From positions 19,639 to 83,638 of the forward strand of contig JAEOTA010000006.1 of NCBI GenBank assembly GCA_016840085.1: 64,000 nt of DNA. Direction: 5' to 3'. The position numbers and the translations under genes are program-made. The stretch is from Promethearchaeota archaeon. GTDB lineage: Archaea > Asgardarchaeota > Lokiarchaeia > Sigyniarchaeales > SOKP01. How positions within the stretch are numbered: the first letter of the stretch is position 1; each line of letters opens with the position of its first letter. Positions 42,092-55,500 of this stretch are shown here, in pieces. The notes below the pieces were generated by a model. It was given only the letters and a program-made list of their open reading frames with translations. It did not search any database and was not told where the DNA came from.

Positions 42092-43522
42092 TTAAGCAGA
42101 AATTGGCTTCCCCTTTAATAGTTCAAAGTAGAGACGACTAAGCTGGACAAGCACTGGAATCCCCACAACAGCAAGAAGTGGAGCAAAGTAGATTAAAGAA
42201 GCTAAACCGAGACCACCGATGCCTGGGTTATACCATTCAGCTCGTGCTTCTCCTTCAACGGCTCTAATCTGCTGCTTAATAGCCTGTATATCTAAAGGGG
42301 TATACAATTTAGCACCAAACATACTAGTCTTTTTTTGGGAAATAACATCACGTCCGTTTTGCCAACGATCCGAAAACGTATCATCAGAAATGTCACTCTG
42401 AAGAAGTATCCATAACATAGCACAAGCTGTATACCATACAGCCTTGTTCAACAGATACTTTATCCACTCAACCCAATATGTATCAGATGATGTTATTCCA
42501 ACAGGAGCTGTTGTCGCATCATGAGGTCCACCGAAATCCCGAGCAATCTTAGCCAACTCTGTAGATGCAATCCAAGGATGTATGGGAATGAGGGATACAG
42601 TATATAAAGAAGGGTTGATTCTAGTCCAATCAGGTCCTCCACTTATCTGATCCCAGCCACATAATTCATCTGCCACATTATCCCAATGAAAATGATATGA
42701 TCTTCCTGGAATAACATGAAATGGATGAGCGACATCACCAATTAAATGAGTCATAGCTCCTAAAGCAAAAGCTCCTGCCTCCCATTTACCTTTAATAGTG
42801 ATATCTTTTCCCAGATATCTTATAGTCTTCCTATAACTTAAATAATGACGCGCGATATCAGCTGCCTCCATAGCTAGAAGTGCAGCAGGAGAATTACCTA
42901 AATTTATATCACCATTCTCATCAAAATATATATGATGGACATATGAACCAAGCATAAGAAATTCAGCTCTAATGGCCGCTGACTCAAATGCAATTACATT
43001 TGACCTTATATCATAATGTCCAAGGTTCCAATCAGGGGCACCAGTTCCAAACAAAAAGCGTGCATATCTTCTATTTCTCATCCAATTCGTATCATCGTTA
43101 TTTGAACCAAATTTTGTTTGTTCAGCAAACCAACCTCTTTGTATAGGCATATGATTATTAGGGTAAGTATCAAAATCTTTATAAGGAATTGAATCATCCA
43201 GAATCCAATTGGTTAAACGTTTTGGATATAAAGGATCCAATCTTACCATTCTTAAGGCAGAATCAGCAATCCAATCATGGACACCATAATGATGAGTACG
43301 ATAACTGCTCTGACCAGGAACTTTAAAAGCATATTGTGAATCAACAAACACATATTGATGACACCCCCTTTCACGATAAATATGTTTCAATGAATTATTT
43401 AACCATGATTGTCCATAATTAGCGTTACAAATTAGAATTAATGGCACTAATAGAAATACTAACACAATGGCTAAGATAGAAAAACATTTCTTTCTTCTTC
43501 TATTAAGTCTTAATAATTTCAT
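42092..43522 (-). CDS. Secreted, membrane-anchored Zn-dependent phospholipase C / P1-nuclease-like protein
   Basis: HDWIA, PD, HH, LGAMTHLIGDVAHPFH and HFHWD motifs; N-terminal signal and C-terminal TM. Confidence 0.75.
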   Translation of the reverse strand: MKLLRLNRRRKKCFSILAIVLVFLLVPLILICNANYGQSWLNNSLKHIYRERGCHQYVFVDSQYAFKVPGQSSYRTHHYGVHDWIADSALRMVRLDPLYPKRLTNWILDDSIPYKDFDTYPNNHMPIQRGWFAEQTKFGSNNDDTNWMRNRRYARFLFGTGAPDWNLGHYDIRSNVIAFESAAIRAEFLMLGSYVHHIYFDENGDINLGNSPAALLAMEAADIARHYLSYRKTIRYLGKDITIKGKWEAGAFALGAMTHLIGDVAHPFHVIPGRSYHFHWDNVADELCGWDQISGGPDWTRINPSLYTVSLIPIHPWIASTELAKIARDFGGPHDATTAPVGITSSDTYWVEWIKYLLNKAVWYTACAMLWILLQSDISDDTFSDRWQNGRDVISQKKTSMFGAKLYTPLDIQAIKQQIRAVEGEARAEWYNPGIGGLGLASLIYFAPLLAVVGIPVLVQLSRLYFELLKGKPISA

Positions 43523-43594
43523 AATTTCACCTTTTTTTTCTGTTTATTTCATATTATATTATACTCCGATTTTACTATTTATTTCCTAAAAAAA

Positions 43595-46500
43595 TTATAT
43601 TAAATATAAACTATCTTCTATAACAATTTCGTTATCGGAATGAGCTGTATCGAAACGAAGACCTAAAATTGAATGAAAAAGCCCTGAAATCGACAAGAAC
43701 TTCGCAAGGCAAAAAGTCGCCAACATTGTATTAAAAATGCTAAACGTCATAAGTCCTGTAGTAGCGGGTTCAAATTGGTCAAATATAGCAAATTTGCCTG
43801 CCACAGTCGTCAAACCTCCCTTGACTTCACCAACATAACTCAATAGAACACCGATTCCAAGTGATTCTAAGATTAGTGCTGTAATCTGCCACGGCATACT
43901 CGCAAAATGAGCAATTCCATCTAAGAAAGGCTGGATCATATCCCCTGCCCAATTCTCATCAAAGTCAACACCAGCCAAGTCACCAAAAATGGCTCCAAAC
44001 GACATCGCAAACGGCAGCAATATTAATATGCTCTTTCCAATCCCAGATAAATCAAAGAGCCCTCCCATTAACGCAAACATTAATACCATACTCGCACCAA
44101 AGAGAGCATCTGGATTATTTATTAAAGCAAAAATATAATTTAATACCGCAACAATCCTAAATACAGCAATGAACTTCGAGAAGATTGCATTTCTCTTAGC
44201 ATTAAGGAATCCGAAAATACTGCTCATAGAGCCTAATTTCCAGTCTCGGAGCCCCATAAAAGAGGTGGCAAGCGTAGTCATCAACACAGTTATAAGCAAA
44301 TTGAGTGATACACCAAAAAGAGCCCCTGAATCTTCTTCTTTAATCATAGAGGCAATCGCAGTCATCTTGGAAATAGCATCAAAACCTAAAGTTGCAATAC
44401 TTGTAAGCATTGAAGCAATCTGATATTTTACATCACCACTTCTTTTTCCCAATTTCTGTAATCCTACAGAAACTAAAAATCCTCCTACTGTTATTATTGG
44501 ACGTATCATTCCGAAAGATTGCAGCCAAGAAGGAGCAGAACTTGAGGTTAATCCGCCGCCCCAGAATGTCTCCCAGAAGTGTGAGGCACTTCCAAAATGC
44601 CAAATTCTATGATTTGAGTAAAGTGTTTCTGCTTGATTAGCATCGTTATCTTCAACATCAAATTCAAACCGCCATGTACCTGGACCAAAAATCGTTTTAT
44701 TCCAATCTCCCTCTCCTGTCTCTTCATCTACATTCCATTCATATGAATAATCGCCCAATCCAGAAAGATCAACATAATACATATCAGCGTCGATATAGTC
44801 ATCATATCCCGCCCAAGCCATGTCCAAGGTGAAACTTTCACCTCCAATCTTAGTTAACGTCAGCTGAGGTGTGAATGTAAAGTTATTCGGAGTCTGTTCA
44901 TAAGTCTCTTCATGAGTGGCATCTTCATCACGAATCCATACCCAGAATCTTAGGAAGTCTTCGCTGTAGAAGGGCTGAATTGTCGAATATCTTCCATCTG
45001 GAAAATCTCTTGTAAGTTCATAGTCCCAAGATCTAGGATCCGTTAATTCCTCAACTTTATAAGTAATAATTTTGGGTTTACCGTCCTTCTCGATTGCTTT
45101 AATAAATGCATTATAGAAGGTCTTGGTGCTCTCTTCTGCGTATGAATTATACCCACTACCAAGTAATATGGAATTTTTACCATTACTTAGCGTTGCATTA
45201 AAATAATATCCAACATACGAACTTATTCTATTAAAGTCGTAATATTCGGATAGATTCAACGAGACAAAATATTTGGTAAACCATCTGCCATAATAGGAGC
45301 TTTCTTCATACTCGTCCTTAAAAGCAGATATGTTTGTCATTTCAAAAATCTCGAATGTGCCATCAGGGAATAGAAGTGTTATATCAACTCTATTTGGAAA
45401 TATTCCATTATCAACTTCTAATCCAGTGACCGTGAAATTTAATATATCTGGCTCCCATACAATTCCATCTAAGGGTTCGATACCCGAATAAATGAGATAA
45501 TCCCCAACTTGGGAATCATCAATTAAATTGGGACCTACTTCAAATCGAGTTGTAGTCGGCCAATAGACCACAGTGCCAACACCCTCACTTGGATCGTCTT
45601 TTGCTTCGAAATAATAGAACCATTGTCCTCCTCTTTCACTTTGGGTAAATTCTGTCGCAAAATCAATTGTTATATTATATTTAACACCTGTCTTATAGAA
45701 ATTTTTCGCAACATCTTCATCATTAAAATCATATTCATCATAGTCAGGATGTCTTTGCATAGTATAACTTATAGCATCATTAATATCTCCTTTAGGCGGA
45801 ATTAACCATACTTTTACGTACTCGGGGGGATCTCCGCCATCATCACTGTAGGTGGTGTAAAAGTCGTATTCTAAAGTATCTGTCTCATTAAAACCACTAA
45901 GAACTTTTGGTGGACCATTCTCAGATTCTAGACTATCAAAAAGATTACCTATATCAAAATCTATATGCGGAGCAGGAATATATAAGTCAAAATACTCCCA
46001 ATAGGTCCATTTAATCCACGATTCAAGTCTTAAGTCGGTATCTTCTGAATGCAGTTCAATAAAGCCGACCTTTGTATCTACCGCATAAAGGACAATAGGG
46101 TTCAGTCCCCATGCGTAAGTGACTCCGAATAACCCTCCAAATACCATGAGGCTAAGACCGAGAACCGAAATCATTCCAACGGTTGTCGCAATTTCTAAAG
46201 CAAGAAATATATAGATAAGCACAAGTAAGACAGCACGGATGATTAGCCACAACAATGGTCCTAAGAATGATAACACCGCCATCAATATTTCGCCGATAAA
46301 TCTTACAATTGCTGCGAAAAGCTGCACAATTGCCATACCAATCATATAAAATACATATATAACTGTCATAATTGCACTTATGAATTGTTCTGCTAACCAT
46401 TCATCAAAGTCATGAGGCTCCTCGCCTTGTTCAGAATCTATAAAATCGCAATACCATGGAATATAGCCTAATACTTCTTTATATAAGTTCATTAACGTTG

Positions 46501-49500
46501 CTGATGCTCCATTTTCTTTTGTTGATTGATATTTAAAAAGCTCAACTTCTTCTTGAGTTGTATCATTTACAATTACAATAATTAATAAATCTAATACAGC
46601 CATCGCGTCAGCTACGTTGATGTTATAGCGAATAACTACAAAATCAACTTCATCACATCCTTCTTCAGTCGTTCCATTCCTTCCAACAGAAATAAATTCA
46701 AACTCTTCTGGAACACCACTATATAATGGAGTCTGGTCCAGCTCTTCTCTTTCAAGATAACCATTAAGTTTTGTTTGAGTGAATAGACTAGTAGGAATGA
46801 GTATTGCATTAGGTCCTTCCTCAAAAGGCGTACCTTCAAAATTAGATGCATAATCTTGTACATAAAGTATAAAGATATTCATTTTTTCTTTTTCTTGATA
46901 ATGACCATTAAATACTGTATCATTTCTATAGATGGCTATAGTATTGGATTTTTCAACGGCAAATGTCTCAACTCGCACATGTGCTTCATTTTCATTGTCC
47001 CATGGTCCTGTGTAGGATACATCTATAAAGTCAGAATATCCAATATCACCTATTGAATAAGTTTCAGATCCTCCAGCAAGCCATAAATCCCATATATCGT
47101 TTCCAAGACTATCCTCTCGATTCATTTGCCATAATGAGAGTGAAAGTTCTATATTTTCTGGTTGTCTATTTATATGGTCATCGATATCTACATAATAATG
47201 CACACCCTCCCCCATGTTCCACATATGGAAATTTGATCTCCTGAAATGATCCCAAATTTTCCCAAAAGGATCTTCCCAAGACCAGTAATCTTCAGTTGCT
47301 TGAACTGCTTGACTCAAGATATAATAATCTTCTTCCCCCCCACTACTCCCCATTATACTAAATCTTATAACAATCTCTAACCAAGGAGAGTCTTCCCAAT
47401 AATATTGATTTCGGTGTGTAGCTGTCCAAGGACTTATTTTTAGCATCATATTTTTATTTGGATGGCGATCCTTATCATCACGAGCATTATCTCCGTCGGT
47501 ATCTTTACTCACAGGGTTAGTGAAAAAGGTCTGAGAACCTCGAGTCCATCCATATATTTCATTATAATCCGAGATAGTATCACCATCAGAATCGGCACGT
47601 AAAGGATCTGTTATCCATGCATCCTTATCATTGACCGAAGCTTGAATATATGTATCTGTTTCTATGAAGAATTTAGTTACATTGAACACATCATCATTAG
47701 TATTGTTATTAAATAATATGATTTCTAATCTATAATTACCATAAAATTGATTTATTGATTCATTATTCACATACTCCGTTAAATCCAAGAATTTATAGAA
47801 ATATACATCTGTATGATTAAAACCCGTATCATATTCTATTAATACAACATCATCAATTAAAGAACTAATATCTTCTTTTACAAGCGTAATATTAATGATT
47901 CCATAACCAAATGGAGTATTTTCAGAAATAATTTCAATAGTAATGTTTGCATCGTATACTCGTCCGATATCTGAAATAGCTATGAAGTAAATCTGTTTAT
48001 TTGGTTCCTCTTCTTCTTCCTCTTCCGCTGGTTCTTCTATGGGTTCAGTAGGCCATTGAACTACTGAATAGGACACTAGTTTCTCCTGGCCATTATCAGA
48101 TTCAGTAAAGGTAACTTGAGATGTAGAGCTAAGACGATAATCGATAGTTCCTCGTGGAAAGGCCGTACCAGTTCCGTCCATACTTGCTTGGGCAAACACA
48201 CTGGTAGTATCCATACTCCTTACCTTAGTAATATCCTCTGTCCATAAGTTTTCTTCTGAACCACCTGTGCTCTTAAAGAACCATCCATGTTGAACTGACA
48301 TAGGGGTTCCAGTTGATTGTAGATTTTCAATTATCCAACATACTTTATATCGATTCCCAGAAGTTGCTGAATTACGTATTCTCAAATGAGTATTGCTTAT
48401 TATTTCTACGTTATCGCCTGCGTCATCTAAACCTGTTGCATCATTATCTGTACGGAACTGTTGGTGCATGAATGCTCGGGTATAATTAGTTAAATCTGCT
48501 CCCCCTTCGCTTTCAATTGAGACATCAGCATAGGCGGTATCATAGTTGGAAGTTGTCCATGCTGTGCTACACTCAGTCGAAATTTCGAGTCTCTGAACAT
48601 CAGCCCAATTTAAACCCACAAATTCTACAACCGCATAGCTTACTCCATCAGTTGTAGAATCTGACTTCCCACGAGTGAACCTCGGTGTATGGAATCCACC
48701 TCCCAAATCGATAAGATCTGCAGTAAATAATGCTCGCCAAATATCACCTCTACCTGAAGTGACAGCATATTGACCTGTAATAAAAACCGCAACTTTATCG
48801 GGATTTATAATAGAAGATATTAAAGCCCCTTCACAACTAATTGTATCTCCTGAACAAGTGGCAGTTCCAACATCTCTGACAATAAACTCATTCCCACCAC
48901 CCGTCAGTCCTGTATATTGGATAATTTCCCATGTAATTCTGCACTCAATAGTAGTTGTGTCGAATCTCTCAAATGTAATTGAAGTTGCAATATTTTCTGG
49001 ATTTTGTATTCGAGCACCCCAAGTATCATGATTTTGATTACCTCCTGTGCTTATCTCACCCATTGCGGTAAATCTTGTGTCAGTTATACGGATAAACGCT
49101 GTAGTTGATTCAAGTTTATAATCAGAGCCTTCAATAATCGTAACAGTTGTATCTGATGCGCCAAAAGTTGTAGTACCACGAATTATCTTGAAATCACCCT
49201 CAGGTTGATCCTTGGACATATAGAAACCATACGAAAACGATGACTCAAATGCAACCATTCCAAAATATTCATCTGGAGAACTTCTTTCGGAATCACCAAT
49301 CTGATCCTCTTCTGCATTTGTGATATGTGTTGATGGAGTGAGAGCTCCATCAGAACGCGCCCATGATCCGTCCTCATTATTAGCAGTATTCTGACTTACA
49401 ACTATGATATCTGGAGCAGAAGAAAAAGATTGTTGAAATTGAAAAGCGTGACCACCATCATCAACTCCATCATTATTACAATCATTCTCTCTAATTGTTT

Positions 49501-52500
49501 CATATTTTACATTTTTTATAGTACCTATTCTCCCTGCCTCAATTGCGATCCATCCAATTGTTTCTTTTTCTGAATTTGTTCCTGTCTCCCCTGATTCCTG
49601 TTGAACTTTAAAGGAGGATGCTGACACATCACTTACAATTGACGCTTTAAATGCTTTATTATTATAGGTATTTAAGGAATGTAAGACAACAGGAACATTT
49701 CCAAATGGTGTATTGAAACCAATAATTTCCCAATTATTATACGGATTAGATCCTTGGTGACTTTTGTTTGTAAAAATTCTTCCTGCTTTTATTATGGCGC
49801 CATCAGGGAGCTCCCACTCTCCTGGCTCGATTGCAATATAATTAATAATTTCATTTGCATGACTATCATTATCTGGTTCTTCCATGAATATATTGAAGCC
49901 GGATGCTGTTACATTATCAATCCTTACTTCAACACTCTCATCTTCATTACGACTATTAATATAAGCAACTATTATAGGGGGTATTCTGTATGGGCTTTCG
50001 AATTCTACTGACTCGACTATAGATTGATCGATTGTATTACTTAGCACTAAAGAGCCAACTTCCAAATGAAAATTAAAGGGTGGAGTTATTATAGAATTAA
50101 TAGTAATGTCATTTGAAGCATATTCATATGCAAAATCAATAGTATTTTTACCACGAGTTAGAAGATCAATTTCAACACCATCCATTATGCCATCATTATC
50201 TGAATCTGCATCATTAGGATTTAAATATCCCTGAATATCAATATCAAACTGTTCTAACAAGCACCCTGAATTAATCTTGTCTATAGCAATGGTATATTGT
50301 CCGAAATAATTATATCCATTACTCTCTATTTGCTCCCTAAAATCAATTGTCTGGCTAAAGTATCGATTTCCTCCTGTCTCGCCTTCATATAAAACTAGGT
50401 TATTGTCAATTTTTTTAACCTGAATTCTTAGATTTGGCACATTCTGAATCCCATAATTTATAGTGTCATCTGCCTCTCCAAATGCTATTGAAAATGATAT
50501 ATGAGCAGAGACAGCTTTCATGAAGTATTGATCAAATCCAATTATTACCGATGCGTCTAAATCCATACGATTTCTTATTGATGTATGTTTCTTAATAGTC
50601 TCTGCATTATCAGGAATAAAATCATGATCAGTATCTGCTGATAATGGATTTGTTCCATCAATGGCCATCCCCCAACCCACTACCTCTTCGAAATCAGATA
50701 GACCATCTCCATCAGTATCAGAATTATCATAGTCAGTTCCAATGCTAATTTCCTCGCCATCTAAAAGCCCATCTTCATCTTCATCAGCTTTTAATGGATA
50801 AGGATCTACAGAATCGACTAATCCATCTACATCAGTGTCAGGGTTACGAGGATTTGTATCAGCAATAAATTCCTCGTAATCCGACCAGCCATCATTATCT
50901 GTATCATTTAGCCATGGATCGGAAGTTACATGCAGTTCGCCTTCTCGATCAGTATTAATATTCCATCCGAAGACTTCATACCCATCGGATAATAAATCAT
51001 CATCTGAATCATAATCTGCAGGATTAGTTCCAGCTGTCCTTTCCCCTATTCCAGTTAATCTATCAATTCCATCATATAATCCATCGCCGTCACTATCAGG
51101 ATTAAGATAATCAGTTATATTGTAAGTAAGCTCATATAGATTACTAAGTCCATCTCTGTCAAAATCATAGTAATCATAAATATGCTCTCCATTTTCAGCT
51201 AATTCTGCCTCAAACTCATCACTAAACCCATTCCCATTTGAATCAATAACTGAATATATGTAAAACGTGGCTACACTTGTCATGTCAGTGCTTGGATCTC
51301 GTACATCAACTTGCCCTTGATATATAGCAGTCTTTACAGTATTAAATAGAATTGAAGATCTATTTGCGGGACCGTATGGACCTCGATTATCGACACTCCC
51401 ATTGTGAGCAATCCTCCATGTAAACTCTAAAGTATTCACATCTCCATAATAATCGAAGGCATATGCTCTGAGAGTCAAGGTTCCTGAATCCACATCTCCA
51501 TGATACATATAATTTGTAATAGTTACAATTGGAGGTGTATCATCAACTATAATGGATATATTTTTATAGATTGTATATCCACTCTTGTCTTCAATTTCTA
51601 ATTTGTAGGTATATTCTCCGTCATTAAAGATTACAGTAGGTTTAGGATTATTTTTAAATTCAGTAATTTCTTGATTATACTGATCAAACCAAGTAAATGA
51701 CAAATCTTTCCGATCAAATAACGAATCTGAGACGTCTATGTCCAAAACAATTGCTTGACCCTCGATTCCATAAAATACACACGATCCTACGATCTCTGGA
51801 TATTTTTCGTGCACTTCAATTATAGTAGTATAATTGTAATAATTCCCATACAGGTCTCTTACATGTAATACAACCGTATAATTACCTGATTCAGCCCATG
51901 CATGGATTGGATTACGATCTACACTGAAATGACCATCTCCAAAATCCCAGAAAAAGCAATATTCCGCTTCTTGGGCGAATTCCTCTGAAAAATAGATCTT
52001 TGATTCCAAATATACCTGTTGATCTTCAATAATATAATCAGGAAGATCTCCAATAGAAATTGTGGGAATTGGATAAATAATTTCAATGAGTTCACCTCTA
52101 GTCGTCTGTAACGCACCATTGCTTGCTGTCCACGTGATAACATACATGCCAGCATGATCAAAACTTTCAAAGACACTATACACATTTCTATAAATAGAGC
52201 TCATATTTGCATAAGGAATAGCTTCCATACCCTGACCATCATAACCAAAATCACAGTAAATATAATAATGAGACCATGTATAATTATTTACCATCCAGTT
52301 TAAAGTAAGAAAAGAATCTTCTATACCACTGAAGAGCACCCTTGTCTTATATTCGGAAGGATGAATAAACTCATTACTTATGAATACAACAGAACCATTA
52401 TAATCGGTATTTGCTATTGTGCTAAATGGATCCCCAACAAGAACCCAAGTTAAGGATGTGAAATTATACAATTTTATTTGTAAATTACTTTGATTAGCAG

Positions 52501-55500
52501 TTGTATGAATTGAATATGTTATATTACATGATTCAAAAGCGTCATATCGATGAGGAGTCATATCGTTAAGAAATATTTTATACCTATCTTGAACTTCATA
52601 TTCCCAATTATATGTTGCAGTAATAGAATCCTTATAAAATTCAGTATCAGAAAATCCTGTAAAATTTATTCGCACATTATAGGTTCCACTCTCAATATAG
52701 TCTGTAGAACTAAATATAATAGAATCCTGGATATTTTCAGCTCCACCGACAGTAGTTTTGAAATACTCCCACACTCCACCAGAAAAATTATACAGATAAA
52801 CATTCGTCGATTCTCCCGCACGTGGTAAATCAAACTGATAATCAATGGTACATTCGTCAAAATATTCGTATCTAAACGCATTCAATTGATCTAATTGAAG
52901 TTGAGAAACAGGATAATATGTAAAATTATAGTGCCAACTTGCAGAAAGGGTATCCAAGGTGAAATTAGAATTTGCATAAGAACCAGGTGGATTGTATTCA
53001 GCTAACTCAAACCATATTTTTACTTTATATGTCGTCGAATCGACAAATGCATTACTCAAAAAGATTAAAGAATCAGAATAACTTGACCCAGAATATACTG
53101 TAGTCATTTGCACCCAATTACTGGCAGTATAATTCCATAAATAGATATTAACTGGTTCTGCCGATTCGGTGCTAATCGTGTAAGAAATAGTACATTGCTC
53201 AAATTGATCATATCGGAAATCGTTCATATTGGTTAAAGAGATCTCAAACTGATCATCCCATGTATATGAATAATCCCATTCAGCGTATAAGTCCTTACAT
53301 TTGAATTGAACTTCATATGGATCTGTAAATCCGCTAAAGCTAATATTAATAAAATATTTCCCTGAAGATTGTTCATAATAAATATATTTATTATCATAGA
53401 ATATAAACGAGCCTTGTTTCTCAATATGGTCATATGTGGATATATAATCAAGGGTATCCCATTGCTGAGTGTCATGGTTATAAACCAACACGTTAATCGT
53501 TTGAGGGTCAGAAGCAAAATAATCAGCCATATCTACAGCATAGAAGACTTCACACAATTTAAAATGAGCATCGTTATACCGAAAAGGATTCATATCCAAT
53601 AACTCAATGCTGAATGTGTCATGATATGAAGAATCCCAATAATATTCGTGAGTGAGACCATCATTCTCATTAACTTTAGAATATTCCAATAATAAACGAT
53701 CAAGTTCTAATTGAAAACTTGAAGTATGACTTCCTTGAAATCTGATTCTTACCTCGAAAGAGAAACTAACATAAGGAGATCCCGCTCCTAATGTAAACGA
53801 ATCGTCATTAAAATTAACTGTGTTAGTTACAGACTCTATCTCATACCAAGACTCACTCTGCCAATTCCAAATATCTAAATCGATATCCACAGCTACATTT
53901 GTTCGATGGGAATACTTGAGATAATCAACAGAGAGTACATCAGGATCGTCAGCTTTCATGCCTATTTTAACTTCAAGCTCATCGGAATAAATAGTCATAA
54001 CATAAAGAACGAGAAATACGCTATACAACCAATTACTACAAGGAAAGCTAGGTGTATCCGACATAAACTGGACTTGCAAATTATTTGCAGCAGTTTGACC
54101 TAAGTTTAGATTTGAATATGTATTAACCTCTCTATAAGGAGGATTTATAGGATTAAATGGCCAATAGACACTCTGCCATCCCAACCATGAACTCCCATCA
54201 TAAAGATTTACTTTCGGATATACCCCCGCATAAGGGCCCGCTTCTCCATAAGTTATAACCTCTATTTTTTGAATTGTCTGCCCTTGTAGATCGGGGTTAT
54301 CGAAACCAAAGGTCTCCAAGCTTCCTGAGGGATCGGGTCCTCCCAACGGATAAGTCTCAATAACATAATCACTCCCAGGTTCATCGCCATTATCAACCAG
54401 TTGATAATGAGGTGTAGCTCCATCCCATTGATTTGGTCCTGTATCACTATCAGGAAGGATCTCGAAGGTTGTGTAATCCCCAATATCAACTGAACTCATA
54501 ATAGAATAATCTCCATCGATAAACTCTAAATCCCCCTGACTTGTCAAATACATTATGGATAACGATTTATCTCGACCGACTCCGCTATTATATAACCAAG
54601 AGATTTGATCATCGGAAAGTGCATAATCATAAAGACGGGTATCGTCTATTATTCCATTAAAATTCGTGGCATGATCATTACCACGTGCTCCAATATACAA
54701 AGGATAGAGCGTCCAAAGATCTTGTAATGTGGCTTGTTCGTCAGCCTCAAGTTCACCATTAACATACAGTCTTATTCTATCAGTATATGTATCATATGTA
54801 CCTGCAACAAAATACCACTGCCCACTATTAATTGTAGTTGTTGAAATTATTTCTTCTGAACTTTGCCCTGATACATGAAATACATGTAGCTTGTCATCTG
54901 ATGCTACTCTCATACCAAATCCGCCTCTTGAAAGAATCCAATCGTATTTTTCAATAATAGAATGCTGAACACCCATAGCATCTCTCTTAATCCATGCAGC
55001 AAGTGTCCACGTATAACGCGGATCTATTGAAGAATCATGAGGGATGGAAACATAATCCGAACTGTCAAAATCTAAAGCCTTTCCAATTTTTCCGTTAACC
55101 CAAGTTGCACTATTGATCGTACCATCATTATCACCAATATAATCATAAGCTGTGGTTCCCTGTCCATAATCAAGCTTCCACCACCCGATTTCGGGATCGA
55201 TTTCATTTATTATAAAATCACCCGGTTGAGTTGGAACTTCATGAAATCCTGAAATTACAACCCCCAGCTCGCACTCGGTATCATGATTCAAAATATCTAG
55301 ATATACTCTCACAGTGTAATTGTTAGGGTTAATATATTTTTTATTCCAAAATTGAAGGGTGTCGAATCTTGATGAGTCAATAATATAATCATCATTATCA
55401 AACTCTACAAATTGACCTGAATTCCAATCTTTTAACGAATATCTAATGGTTCCGCCAATTCTTGTTACATCTGTGTAAATAAAGTTTAAGACACAACCAT

